Shown in pieces: positions 11,976 through 24,519 of a stretch of DNA of 64,000 bases (its first letter is position 1; the number at the start of each line of letters is the position of its first letter). This DNA is from Scyliorhinus canicula. Lineage: Eukaryota. The stretch covers positions 42,743,159-42,807,158 of the forward strand of contig NC_052158.1 of NCBI RefSeq assembly GCF_902713615.1, in the 5' to 3' direction. The translations under genes and the position numbers were made by a program. The notes under the pieces were generated by a model, which saw nothing but the letters and a program-made list of their open reading frames with translations, was not told the DNA's origin and made no database searches.

Positions 11976-14900
11976 GGAGACATGCGGTCGTTCCCCTTAG
12001 TAACAAGTATACCGTTTTGGATACTTGTGGGGGGGGGGGACTTACCAGGGGTAAGCCATGGGGTACGGGCCTCTGGCACGGAGTCTGTCCCTGTTGCTCA
12101 GAAGGGAAGGGGGGAAAGGAGTAGAACATTAGTAATTGGGGACTCAATAGTCAGGGACACAGATAGGAGATTTTGTGGGAGCGAGAGAGACTCACTTTTG
12201 GTATGTTGCCTCCCAGGTGCAAGGGTACGTGATGTCTCGGATCGTGTTTTCCGGGTCCTTAAGGGGGAAGGGGAGCAGCCCCAAGTCGTAGTCCACATTG
12301 GCACTAACGACATAGGTAGGAAAGGGGACAAGGATGTCAGGCAGGCCTTTAGGGAGCTAGGATGGAAGCTCAGAGCGAGAACAAACAGAGTTGTTATCTC
12401 TGGGTTGTTGCCCGTGCCACGTGATAGTGAGACGAGGAATAGGGAGAGAGAGCAATTAAACACGTGGCTACAGGGATGGTGCAGGCGGGAGGGATTCAGA
12501 TTTCTGGATAACTGGGGCTCTTTCTGGGGAAGGTGGGACCTCTATAGACAGGATGGTCTACATCTGAACCTGAGGGGCACCAATATCCTGGGGGGGAGAT
12601 TTGTTAGTGCTCTTTGGGGGGGTTTAAACTAATTCAGCAGGGGCATGGGAATCTGGATTGTAGTTTTGGGGTACGGGAGATTGAGAGTATAGAGGTCAGG
12701 AGCACAGATTTGACTTCGCAGGAGGGTGCCAGTGTTCAGGTAGGTGGTTTGAAGTGTGTCTACTTCAATGCCAGGAGTATACGAAATAAGGTAGGGGAAC
12801 TGGCAGCATGGGTTGGTACCTGGGACTTCGATGTTGTGGCCATTTCAGAGCCATGGATAGAGCAGGGACATGAATGGTTGTTGCAGGTTCCAGGGTTTAG
12901 GTGTTTTAGTAAGCTCAGAGAAGGGGGCAAAAGAGGGGGAGGTGTGGCGCTGCTAGTCAAGGACAGTATTACGGTGGCGGAAAGGATGTTAGATGGGGTC
13001 TCTTCTTCCGAGGTAGTATGGGCTGAGGTTAGAAACAGGAAAGGAGAGGTCACCCTGTTGGGAGTTTTCTATAGGCCACCTAATAGTTCTAGGGATGTAG
13101 AGGAAAGGATGGCGAAGATGATTCTGGAAAAGAGCGAAAGTAACAGGGTAGTTGTATTGGGAGACTTTAACTTTCCAAATATTGACTGGAAAAGATATAG
13201 TTCGAGTACATTAGATGGGTCTTTCTTTGTACAATGTGTGCAGGAGGGTTTCCTGACACAATATGTTGACAGGCCAACAAGAGGCGAGGCCACATTGGAT
13301 TTGGTTTTGGGTAATGAACCAGGCCAGGTGTTAGATCTGGAGGTAGGTGAGCACTTTGGAGACAGTAACCACAATTCTGTGACCTTTACGTTAGTGATGG
13401 AAAGGGATAAGTATACCCCGCACGGCAAGAGTTATAGCTGGGGGAAGGGCAATTATGATGCCATTAGACATGACTTAGGATGTGTAGGTTGGAGAAGTAG
13501 GCTGCAAGGGTTGGGCACACTGGATATGTGGAGCTTGTTCAAGGAACAGCTATTGCGTGTTCTTGATAAGTACGTACCAGTCAGGCAGGGAGGAAGGGGT
13601 CGAGCGAGGGAACCGTGGTTTAGTTACAAGGAAGCGAGGAAGGATCTAAAGAGAGAGCTAAGACGAGCAAGGAGGGGACATGAGAAGTCTTTGGCAGGTA
13701 GGATCAAGGAAAACCCAAAAGCTTTCTATAGGTATGTCAGGAATAAAAGAATGACGAGGGTAAGAGTAGGGCCAGTCAAGGACAGTGGTGGGAAGTTGTG
13801 TGTGGAGGCTGAGGAGATAAGAGATACTAAATAAATACTTTTTGTCAGTATTCACTCAGGAAAAAGATAATATTGTGGAGGAGAATGCTGAGACCCAGGC
13901 TATTAGAATAGATGGCATTGAGGTGCGTAGGGAAGAAGTGTTGGCAATTCTGGACAAGGTGAAAATAGATAAGTCCCCGGGGCCTGATGGGATTTATCCT
14001 AGGATTCTCTAGGAAGCCAGGGAAGAGATTGCTGAGCCTTTGGCTTTCATTTTTATGTCATCATTGGCTACAGGAATAGTGCCAGAGGACTGGAGGATAA
14101 CAAATGTGGTCCCTTTGTTCAAGAAGGGGAGTAGAGATAACCCCGGTAACTATAGGCCGGTGAGCCTCACGTCTGTTGTGGGTAAAATCTTGGAGAGGAT
14201 TATAAGAGATACGATTTATAATCATCTAGATAGGAATAATATGATTAGGGATAGTCAGCATGGTTTTGTGAAGGTAGGCCATGCCTCACAAACCTTATCG
14301 AGTTCTTTGAGAAGGTGACTGAATAGGTAGACGAGGGTAGAGCAGTTGATGTGGTGTATATGGATTTCAGTAAAGCATTTGATAAGGTTCCCCACGGTCG
14401 GCTATTGCAGAAAATACAGAGGCTGGGGATTGAGGGTGATTTAGAGATGTGGATCAGAAATTGGCTAGTTGAAAGAAGACAGAGGGTGGTGGTTGATGGG
14501 AAATGTTCAGAATGGAGTTCAGTTACGAGTGGCGTACCACAGGGATCTGTTCTGGGGCCGTTGCTGTTTGTCATTTTTATAAATGACCTGGAGGAGGGCA
14601 CAGAAGGTTGGGTGAGTAAATCTGCAGACGACACTAAAATCGGTGGAGTTGTAGACAGTGTGGAAGGATGTTGCAGGTTACAGAGGGACATAGATAAGCT
14701 GCAGAGCTGGGCTGAGAGGTGGCAAATGGAGTTTAATGTGGAGAAGTGTGAGGTGATTCACTTTGGAAAGAATAACAGGAATGCGGAATATTTGGCTAAT
14801 GTTAAAATTTTTGGTAGTGTGGATGAGCAGAGGGATCTCGGTGTCCATGTACATAGATCCCGAAAGTTGCCACCCAGGTTGATAGGGTTGTGAAGAAGGC

Positions 14901-15520
14901 CTATAGTGTGTTGGCCTTTATTGGTAGAGGGATTGAGTTCCGGAGCCATGAGGTCATGTTGCAGCTGTACAAAACTCTGGTACGGCCGCATTTGGAGTAT
15001 TGCGTACAGTTCTGGTCGCCTCATTATAGGAAGGACGTGGAAGCTTTGGAACGGGTGCAGAGGAGATTTACCACGATGTTGCCTGGTATGGAGGGAAAAT
15101 CTTACGAGGAAAGGCTGATGGACGTGAGGTTGTTTTCATTAGAGAGAAGAAGGTTAAGAGGTGACTTAATAGAGGCATACAAAATGATCAGAGGGTTAGA
15201 TAGGGTGGACAGTGAGAGCCTTCTCCCGCGGATGGAGGTGGCTAGCACGAGGGGACATAGCCTTAAATTGAGGGGTAATAGATATAGGACAGACGTCAGA
15301 GGGAGGTTTTTTACGCAAAGAGTGGTGAGGCCGTGGAATGCCCTACCTGCAACAGTAGTGAACTTGCCAACATTGAGGGCATTTAAAAGTTTATTGGATA
15401 AGCATATGGATGATAATGGCATAGTGTAGGTTAGATGGCCTTTAGTTTTTTTCCATGTCGGTGCAACATCGTGGGCCGAAGGGCCTGTACTGCGCTGTAT
15501 CGTTCTATGTTCTATGTTCT
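11976..15520 (+). mobile_element. CR1-clade LINE (HER1-like): partial ORF1 with SGNH esterase and ORF2 with stops/frameshifts
   Basis: ORF1 motifs GDSIVR, CLPGA, HIGTND and LHLN. ORF2 motifs [31 protein letters not shown] and RPHLEYC. (TTCTATG)n tail. ACAC is duplicated at the ends. Confidence 0.92.
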
Positions 15521-16246
15521 ACACTCTAGGTGCACTTGCCCCTCTCTGCCCTTTACACAATTACTATCCCAGTCTATATTCAGATAACTAAAGCACATTA
15601 CAACTATAATTTTGCACCTCTCTGTAGTTTTCTTGCAATTTTATTCCTCCGTATCTTTCCTGCCAGATGGTGGTCCCTCTCTCTCTCTCTCTCTTTCTCT
15701 CTCTCCAGCACCACAGTGTTTGCACAGGTCACAGGGTTTGGATTGTTAGGATCCCCATGACCACAGACGAGTATGAGATTCCCGGTTAAGGGGCTGACTG
15801 GGGAAGCCTGACCGGACATAAAAACCCTGACCCAGATGTAGGTTGGGGCGGAGTGTTTGTGTGAGATTAATACTTTGTTTACTTTTGCCATCGCTTCCTG
15901 TGGTCGCTCTGTCAAGATCCAACAGCCCCCTTTCCTTCCTTTCCTATTTTTCCTGAACAATTTGTATCCAGGGATATTTAATACCCAGCCCTTTCCACAA
16001 GCATTGCAGGAAATCAAGGAGAAAACCTCTGCATCCCCACCCACTTGCCATCCTTTCTATCTTGGTAATGAAGGGTGAACAGTAAATGTGACACTATGAC
16101 TGAGTGTCATGATAACAACGAACATCAGCTAGGCAGACATTGAGGTGCCATCTTTGTTAAATTGTGGTTGCTTCTGTCTTCAAAGGTGGCCCATGGTGCT
16201 ACTGAAAGAAGAGTTGATGTTTCTCCCATCATCTTAGTCGAGGTTA

Positions 16247-16472
16247 AGGGCAGCACGGTGATGTAGTGGTTAGCACTGCTATCTTACGGCACTGAGGACC
16301 CGGGTTCGATCCCGGCTCTGGGTCACAGTCCATGTGGAGTTTGTACATTCTCCACGTGTTTGCATGAGTTTCGCCCCCACAACCCAAAGATGTGCAGTCT
16401 AGATGGATTGGCCACGCTAAAATTGCGCCTTCATTGGAAAAAATTAATTGGGTACTCTAAATTTTTTTTTAA
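16247..16472 (+). mobile_element. V-domain tRNA SINE with 14-bp TSD
   Basis: GGGCAGCACGGTG...GGTTCGATCCC head. TSD CTTAGTCGAGGTTA at 16233-16246 and 16473-16486. Confidence 0.85.
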
Positions 16473-16820
16473 CTTAGTCGAGGTTATTACCCTGCCGTGG
16501 ATACAAGTAAACTTGATTTCATTCTCGCTGAGTATTTGCTGGATGTGGCTGTTTACACAGCAGATGGAAATCAGTGTATGTAAAGAATTTGAGGATGTAC
16601 TGAGGATGAGATAAAGGGCTATATTAATGTAAAATTTCTTTAGTTAGCTTGCCCATGGCATGTTGAACTATCCTAATTTCTAATCTGAGCTGAAAGTTTC
16701 TTAATGATTCAGAATTGATTATAGTCACTCGTATATTTTCCACACTGTACACTCTACCTATTTTGTTTATCCTGTTACATCACATCAGTTAAATGTATTT
16801 ATTCTGTCTCCTGCCCACAG

Positions 16821-17102
16821 TTGCCCCTCAGATTGCCATGTACCCTGAAGACCCTGTAGAATGGGGACAGTCCAACACGTTGATCTGTCTGGCTGATGGA
16901 TTCTACCCTCCGCGAATCATCATGAAGTGGAAGAAGAACAATGAGGATCTGACTGATGGAGTCAACATCACAGAGTACTATTCAAAACTGGATTATTCCT
17001 ACCAGAGATTCACATATCTGAAATTCACCCCGAGTCCAGGAGACATGTACTCCTGCCATGTGGAGCATGAGGGTCTGGAGGAGCCAACAACTGTATTCTG
17101 GG
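16821..17102 (+). CDS. MHC class II alpha chain, alpha2 (Ig C1) exon, 282 bp, phase 1-1
   Basis: Acceptor CCCACAG before 16821 and donor GTTAGT at 17103. Encodes VAPQIAMYPEDPVEWGQSNTLICLADGFYPP...NIT...SPGDMYSCHVEHEGLEEPTTVFW, with both Ig cysteines and class II alpha motifs (NTLIC, FYPP, YSCHVEH). Confidence 0.95.
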
Positions 17103-17443
17103 GTTAGTATAGATTTGAGAATAGAGCTGATTTCAGCACTGTTTATACCCAACCGAGTTTCCTGTCATTGAAAGGCCCCCATTTACATTTTCACCGAAAG
17201 TAGATAGAATCCTGGGTACTAAAATGTAATTGGTCTGACTGACTGTTTAGCAAGTGATTTGGGGCATTAATTGTAGACTTAATCTAGAGTTGATCAAAAG
17301 AATGTCAACCTTTGTAATTAATTGGTCTACACAGAATGAGAAAATGTGGTTCATTGTGTAATCTTCAGCAGTGAATCTCTGGTCAGTGTAGAACTTTTCC
17401 AACCTTGAGATATGCAGAAAATATAGGTGGAATTTTCCCACCC

Positions 17444-20400
17444 TGTGGTAAACCACTGTTAGTGTATTATATGTATTGTGGTAAACTGTTACTGTACTAC
17501 ATGGCTCAGCCTGTGGCTCCTCCCCTTGGCTCGGTATAAAGGTGGCTGACCTCTGGCCCTGTCCTAGTTCGGGATCAGTGGCCAGGAGACTTCCTGTTTA
17601 GATTATTAAAGCCACAGTTTCGTTCACTACTCGCCTTGTGTTAACTGATGGCTCACCAATTTAATAAGCTAAACTTTTAAGATGAATTCATCACTCAAGC
17701 CTGATCGCCTGGAGCTGGATCCACAAGCAGTGGACGCCACTGCGACATTCGAGCACTGGCTAAGCTGCTTCAAAGCTTACCTCGGATCCTCCACCGAAGA
17801 CGTCACTGACCTCCAAAAGCAGCAAATGCGCAACGCAAGTTTTCCTTCTTATCAGAGACGCCCCCTCGTATATGGAGGCAATAATGCTGCTGAAGGGACA
17901 GTAGGTAAAGGCAGTAAACGAGGTGTACGCCAGGCGCCTCCTTGTCACGAGGCGACAATGCCCCGGAGAATCACAAGCTGAATTCCTGCGTGCCTTGCGG
18001 GTACTCGGCTGGAACTGTGTTTGCCAGGCAATATCGGCTTCCCAACACACTGAGCTGCTGATCAAGGATGCCTACGTCGCGGGTATTAAATCCAATTACA
18101 TTCGCCAGCGCTTGCTAGAAGGGGGTACACTCGGCCTCCCAGAGACAGTGCAGCTCTCGAACTCGCTAGAAGTGGCTTTCCAGAACATGGAGGACTACAT
18201 CCCCGACCACGCGGCGCCCTCGGGGATGTCGTGGGCGCCGCCATCACCTGACTTGAGTGTGGCGCAAGCCTGTGCTGCACAGCAGCCCGCCAACTCCGGC
18301 AGCCCGAAAGGCTACCTTTGCAGCCAGGGTAAGCACCCCAGACACTGCTGTCCTGCACGGAATGCCATTTGCAATGGGTGTGGGAGGAAGGGCCACTTCG
18401 CCAAAGTCTGCCAGGCCCGACCTGTCCCTAATGTTCCTAGGTCCAGCAGCGCTGCCTGCTGCCTGTCGGGATCACCCCAATCTGCTGTGCCACTTGCCAT
18501 GTGCGACCCGTGGGCGCCGCCATATTTGCTGCCATCTTTTATCCCACCCGCCACACACAATCCATGGGGGCCGCAATTTTGGAACCACCGCCGCCTCACG
18601 GTACCCCTGCTCACCCGGTCGTACGCTGGCCACCGCTACCTCCGGCCGGCCCACCCCCCCACCTTCCAAAGCTCGCCTCCATCACACTCAACCAGTCTCA
18701 ACCTCATCATCTTACGAAATCCACAATGACCGTCCGGATCAAAGGGCACAAGACGGCATGCCTTTTCAACTCCGGGAGCACAGACAGCTTTATCCACACA
18801 GATACAGTAAGGTGCTGCTCCCTCCCAATTCTGCCCGCGACCCAGAAAATCCCCCCGGCTTCCGGATCACATTCCATAAAAATCCGGGAGTACCGTGTCA
18901 CAACCCTTTCAGTACAGGGCGTAGAGTACACTAACTTTAAGCTCTATGTCCACCCCCATCTCTGCGCTGCCCTATTACTGGGGCTCGACTTTCAGTGCCA
19001 CCTCCAAAGCCTTACCTTAAAGTTCAGTGGACCCCTGCCCCCCTCACCTTCTGTAGCATCGCGACCCTTAAGGTCGCCCCACCCTCGCTCTTCGCTCACC
19101 ACACCCCGGATGTAAGCCGGTCGCCACTAGGAGCAGACAATACAGTGCCCAGGACAAGGCCTTTATCAGGTCGGAGTTCCAGTGACTCCTGCGAGAGGGG
19201 ATCATTGAGACTAGTACCAGCCCCTGGAGAGCCCAAGTGGTGGTCGTCAAAACTGGGGAGAAGCACCGGATGGTCATCGACTAGAGTCAGACAATCAGCC
19301 GGTACACGCAGCTCGATGCATACCCACTTCCCTGCATATCTGACACAGTCAATCAGATTGCGCAGTACCGAGTCTTCTCCACTGTTGACATGAAGTCCGC
19401 GTACCACCAGCTTCCTATCCACCCGTAGGACCGCCAATACACTGCCTTTGAGGCAGATGGCCGCCTCTACCACTTCCTAAGGGTACCCTTCGGTGTCACC
19501 AATGGGGTCTCGGTCTTCCAAAGAGAAATGGACCGAATGGTTGACCAGTACGGGCTGCGGGCCACGTTCCCATACCTAGATGATGTCACCATCTGCGGCT
19601 ATAACCAGCAGGACCATAACGCCTCACGGTAGCATGGTGGTTAGCATCAATGCTTCACAGCTCCAGGATCCCAGGTTCGATTCCGGCTTGGGTCACTGTC
19701 TGTGCAGAGCCTGCACGTTCTCCCCGTGTGTGCGTGGGTTTCCTCCGGGTGCTCCGGTTTCCTCCCACAGTCCAAAGATGTGCGGGTTAGGTGGATTGGC
19801 CATGCTAAATTGCCCGTAGTGGAAGGTTACTGGGGGGATTGTTGGGTTACGGGTATACGGATTACGTGGGTTTAAGTAGGGTGATCATTGCTCGGCACAA
19901 CATCGAGGGCCGAAGGGCCTGTTCTGTGCTGTACTGTTCTATGTTCTATGACGCAAACCTCCGGCATTTCCTCCACACTGCTAAGCTCCTTTGCCTCACA
20001 TACAATAAGGAGAAATGCTTTTTCCGCACAACCCGCCATGCCATTCTTGGCTACGTTGTGGAAAACGGAGTCCTAGTGCCCGCCCCCACCCGCATGCAAC
20101 CCCTCCTGGAACTTCCTCTCCCCCACTGCCCCAAGGCCCTGAAGGGATGCCTGGGGTTCTTCTCTTATTATGCCCAATGGGTCTCCAATTATGCGGACAA
20201 GGCCCACCCACTCATTAAATCCATAATTTTTCCTCTGACGGCTGAAGCCCACCTGCTCTTCAACCGCATCAAGGCAGATATTGTCAAAGCTGCGATACAC
20301 ACTGTGGACGGGTCCATTCCATTCCAGGTGGAGAGCGATGCATCGGACTTTGCCTTGGCCGCTACCCTCAACCAGGCGGGCAGGCCCGTGGCTTTCTTCT

Positions 20401-20980
20401 CCCGTACCCTCCATGCCTCCGAAATTCGGCACTCCTCCATCGAAAAGGAAGCCCAAGCCATTGTGGAAGCTGTGCGACATTGGCGGCATTACCTGGCCAG
20501 CAGGCGATTCACTCTCCTCACTGACCAACGGTCGGTTGTCTTCATGTTTAATAATACACAGCAGGGCAAGATCAAGAATGACAAGATTCTGAGGTGGAGG
20601 ATCAAACTCTCCACCTACAACTACGATATCTTGTACCGACCTGGGAAGCTCAATGAATCCCCAGATGCCCTATCCCGCGGTACATGTGCCAGCGCACAAG
20701 TAGACCGACTTCGGGCCCTCCACAATGACCTCTGTCACCCTGGGGTCACCCGGCTTTTCCACTTCATCAAGGCTCACAACCTGCCTTACTCCATCAAGGA
20801 GGTCAGGGCCATGACCAGGGACTGCCAGGTCTGCGCGCAGTGCAGACTTCTATCGGCCAGACAGAGCACATCTGGTAAAGGCCTCCTGCCCTTTGAGCGT
20901 CTTAGTATCGACTTCAAAGGGCCCCTCCCCTCCACTAACCGTGTATTTCCTCAACGTTGTTGACGAGTATTCACAATTCC
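17444..20980 (+). mobile_element. Gypsy-type element B: 5' LTR 17444-17658, gag, PR-RT-RNaseH and start of integrase; 3' end lost
   Basis: gag MNSSLKPDRLELDP with CCHC knuckles. Protease FNSGS. RT YLDD and RNaseH ESDASD...EKEAQA. Several stops and frameshifts. Confidence 0.9.
19623..19947 (+). mobile_element. HE1-like V-SINE inserted in Gypsy B RT
   Basis: V-domain GGGTTTCCTCCGGGTGCTCCGGTTTCCTCCCACAGTCC and a CR1-type (TTCTATG)n tail. Imperfect TSD ATAACGC/ATGACGC. Confidence 0.9.
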
Positions 20981-21029
20981 AGGAAGATCCTGGATTTCAT
21001 TTCTTTTCATCCACACTGAAAAGGAAAAA

Positions 21030-22080
21030 AAAAGGAAAATTAGCACCTTTATTCAAGAAAGGAGGGATAAGCGGAAATCTAAAAGCCCTTTAGCCTAGCA
21101 ACTATCATAGGGAAATTGCAAGAATCCATTATTATTAAGGTTAAAGCAGGAACGTTAGGCATTCATAAAGGGATCAGACACCGTGAGCATGATTTTGTGA
21201 AAGGGAAATTGGTTGTTAAAGTTCTTTGAGGAATTAACAAGCAAGGTGGATAAAGGGGAACCTGTAGATGTTGAATACTTGGATTAACAAATGGCATTTG
21301 ATAAGTATCACATCAAAGGTTGCTACACAAAATAAGATCTCATTGTGTGGAGGGTACCATATTAGTATGGATAGAGGCAACAGCATGTAGGTATAAATGG
21401 GTCATTTCCAGGTTGACCAGCTGTAACCAGTGGAGTGCTATGGGGATCAGTGCTGGGTTGCAACTATTTAGAATCTACAATGACTTGGGTGAAGGGACTA
21501 GGTGTATGCAAGCTAAATTTTATCAATGACACCAGGATAGGTAAGAAAGTAAGTTCTCAAGAGGAGTTGAGAGTCTGCACACTGATATAAATGGTTTAAA
21601 TGGGTGGGTAAACATTTGGCAGATGTAGAATAATGTGGGAAAATGTGAACTGCCCACTTTGGCAGGAACAGACACACTGTTGAAGTGGAGAGAGATCGCA
21701 GAACTCAGTGGTACAGAAGGATCTGGGTGTCCTGGTACAGGAATCACAAAAGGTTAGTCTGTGGGTACAGCAAATGATTAGGAAGGCTAATGGAGTGTTG
21801 ATGTTTATTGTGATGGAGATGGAATATAAAAGTAGGATGCTTTACTGTAAATGTACAGGGTCTTGGTGAGACCACATCTGGGATACAAGTTTTGGTCTCC
21901 GTTTCAAAAAGTTTATAATTGTGTTCAAAGCAGTTCAGAGGAAGTTCACTAGACTCATTCCTGGATGAAGAGCTTATCCTCTGAAGAAAGGTTGGACAGG
22001 TTGGGCCCACTGGAGTTTAGAAGAATGAGACGTGATCTTATTCAAATATTTAGGATTCTCAGGGGACTTGATAGGGTCAA
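21030..22080 (+). mobile_element. Old degraded CR1 ORF2 fragment
   Basis: Recognisable decayed RT-region sequence (AFDKV-, GVPQGSVLG-, RPHLEY-like) with many stops. Confidence 0.7.
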
Positions 22081-22107
22081 TATTGTAAGAGTTTCATAGA
22101 AGACGCC

Positions 22108-22365
22108 TGTTAGCGGGAGAGGATTTCAAAGAAATCACTCAATGCCCAGGGCTGCTGATCCTCTCATCAAACGGTTTATTTTGCTGACGGGGAGACGGTG
22201 TCTATTAAATTCCCAGACCGTCTCTCCACCGAACAAAGGAAAACATCCATTCTTATACAATTTTCAAAACAGCTACACGGTCCAATCATCTTGGTTATAG
22301 ATTGCATACATTAGTTATATATCCAATTCAGTTTGACATTGCGTAAAGTGGGTTGGCCCCTTACA
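22108..22365 (-). mobile_element. Candidate solo LTR
   Basis: Minus strand runs TGTAAGGGG...CGCTAACA with TATA-like sequence and AATAAA. No clean TSD. Confidence 0.4.
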
Positions 22366-22861
22366 AGCCCCTGACTTCATGAAGAAGTCGCTCATGCTAA
22401 CTGTTAAAAGTTATCTCTCTTACGTGCACTGTGACGTTGATCTGGCGAGGATGAACAATGGTCCGTTTTTTGTGGACATTGTTTATCACTCCTCTGTGAT
22501 GCCTCCCTGGCCTCTCATGTATGTTTCAATCATTATTGTCTCCCTGATTATCGCTGCTGTCTGTAATTAAATTATGTTATTTATACCAGTTTGCAACTTA
22601 ACCCAGCTAATGGCTGTTCAGGAAGGCGGCTAATTCAGCTGAAAGCCATTTTGAGTCTTTGATAACTCAGCTAACAGCCATTTTGTGTAACTTCTTTTTA
22701 ATTGTATGTCTGTCCTTTCTGACATTAATAATTCTTAGGTTACCAAAGAACACACATTGTTTATACACTATCTATTCCCACAAATTGTCTCTTATACAGG
22801 CATCTAAGCCAATGGGTCCCTTTTGTCTAAAAACCGTCTTTCTAAACCTGGCTTCCAACAC

Positions 22862-23150
22862 TCCCTACAGTGCAGAAGGAGGCCATTTGGTCCATCGAGT
22901 CTGCACCGACTCTCTGAAAGAGCACCGTAACCCTCCCTCCCCATCCCCATAACTACAGCTAACCCTTGGGCACTAAGGGGCAATTTATCATGGCCAATCC
23001 ACCTAACCTGCAAATCTTTGGACTGTGGGAGGACCGGAGAACCCGGAGGAAACCCACGCAGACATGGGGAGAACATGCAGACTCCACACAGACAGTGACC
23101 CAGGCCGGCATTGAACCCAGGTCCATGGCGCTGTGAGGCAGCAGTGCCAC
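22862..23150 (-). mobile_element. V-SINE, older copy
   Basis: Reverse complement of the V-domain and tRNA head. Confidence 0.8.
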
Positions 23151-23621
23151 CATGCCAAGGATGTTTCCTCTGGTGGGAGACACCAGAACCTGTGGAGAGA
23201 ATATCAAAACAATAGGTCGACTGTTTAAGACAGCGATAAGGAATTTTGTTTTTCTCAAAGGGTTTCTAGGATGTGAACTTCTCCATAAAGCATTGGAGGC
23301 TCAGTCACTAAATATAATAAAGGCAGAGGTAGGCTGAATTTTCAGAGACTGGGGAGCAGGGGGTGAAGGAGTCAAGTAGAAAAGTGGAGTTGAGATCACA
23401 TCTTGATCAGCAATGATCTTATTGAATGATAGAGCAGGCTCAAATGGCTGAATGGCCACTCCTCCTAGGTTCGATGTTCCTATTTCAGTGGCTTGGAAAA
23501 GGTGCCGAGGAGATTTACTGGAGTCCAAAGACTTGAACCATGTGAAGTGGAGAAACTGGTTGTTTTTCTTCAGTCTCAGAACAGGGAAAGTTAAGAGAAG
23601 CTGAGAATGATGATAGACTAC

Positions 23622-23810
23622 AGGCGATCCTCTGGCCTCCCGTGACATGTTTCATGGCGGCGAGAGGCGGCCCATCATTGGCCGGCAGGGGGACGTCAAT
23701 GGGATTTCCCATTGAACCCACCCGATGCCGCTGGGAAACCCGCAGCGAGGGTGTGCCATTGGTGGGACTGGAAGATCCCGCCGGGATGAACAGCCGGAAG
23801 ATTTCACCCC
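23622..23810. mobile_element. Short GC-rich MITE-like element
   Basis: Imperfect terminal inverted similarity; resembles the other GC-rich TIR elements in the window. Confidence 0.45.
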
Positions 23811-24519
23811 AGACCCCAGATATATAGAAACTGTTTCCAATAGCAACAGGTTTGGTAGTCAGAGGATACAGATTTGGAAAAATTAACAAAAGAACCAGAG
23901 AGGCGGGAGAAATGTTTTTGAACACAAGTTGTTCTGAAAGAGTGCAGTCAGTAGATCAAACCATCAAGACCATTGGACAGGTAGTTGAAGGGGAAATAAT
24001 GCAGAGCTCTGGGTAAAGAGAAGGGGATTGGGATTAACTGGACAGCTCTTTCAAACAGGCAGCAATGGTATAATTGGTCAAATGGCTGCCTTCTCTGCTC
24101 TGATTCTGTGAGTATCTCACATCACTGCTCGTAACTAGTTTCCCATCCGTAGCTCCATCCCAGTGAGCTCACACTGTCCTTTCTGTATGTATCCCTTCTC
24201 TGCAGATAGTGCTGTTCATGATAATAATAATCACTTATTGTCACCAGTAGGCTTCAATGAAGTTACTGTGAAAAGCCCCTAGTCGCCACATTCCGGCGCC
24301 TGTTTGGGGAAGCTGGTACGGTCATTGTGGCCATATTAATATTGGATTGGATTTGTTTATTGTCACGTGTACCGTGGTACAGTGAAAAGTATTTTTCTGC
24401 AAGCAGCTCAACAGATAATTATATTGTGTATAAATTTATCACCAGCAGTAACTTTTGGATCTTTGAGTGTGTGGCTGTGACACTGTGAATGTAGTACAAG
24501 CTTTACGGACAATAGTGAC

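Noticed and set aside
16821-17102. W-category MHC (WA) or beta-2-microglobulin identity for the Ig exon
   Set aside because: The position equivalent to beta2m W60 is Tyr (DYSY), not Trp. The downstream TM exon is typical class II alpha.
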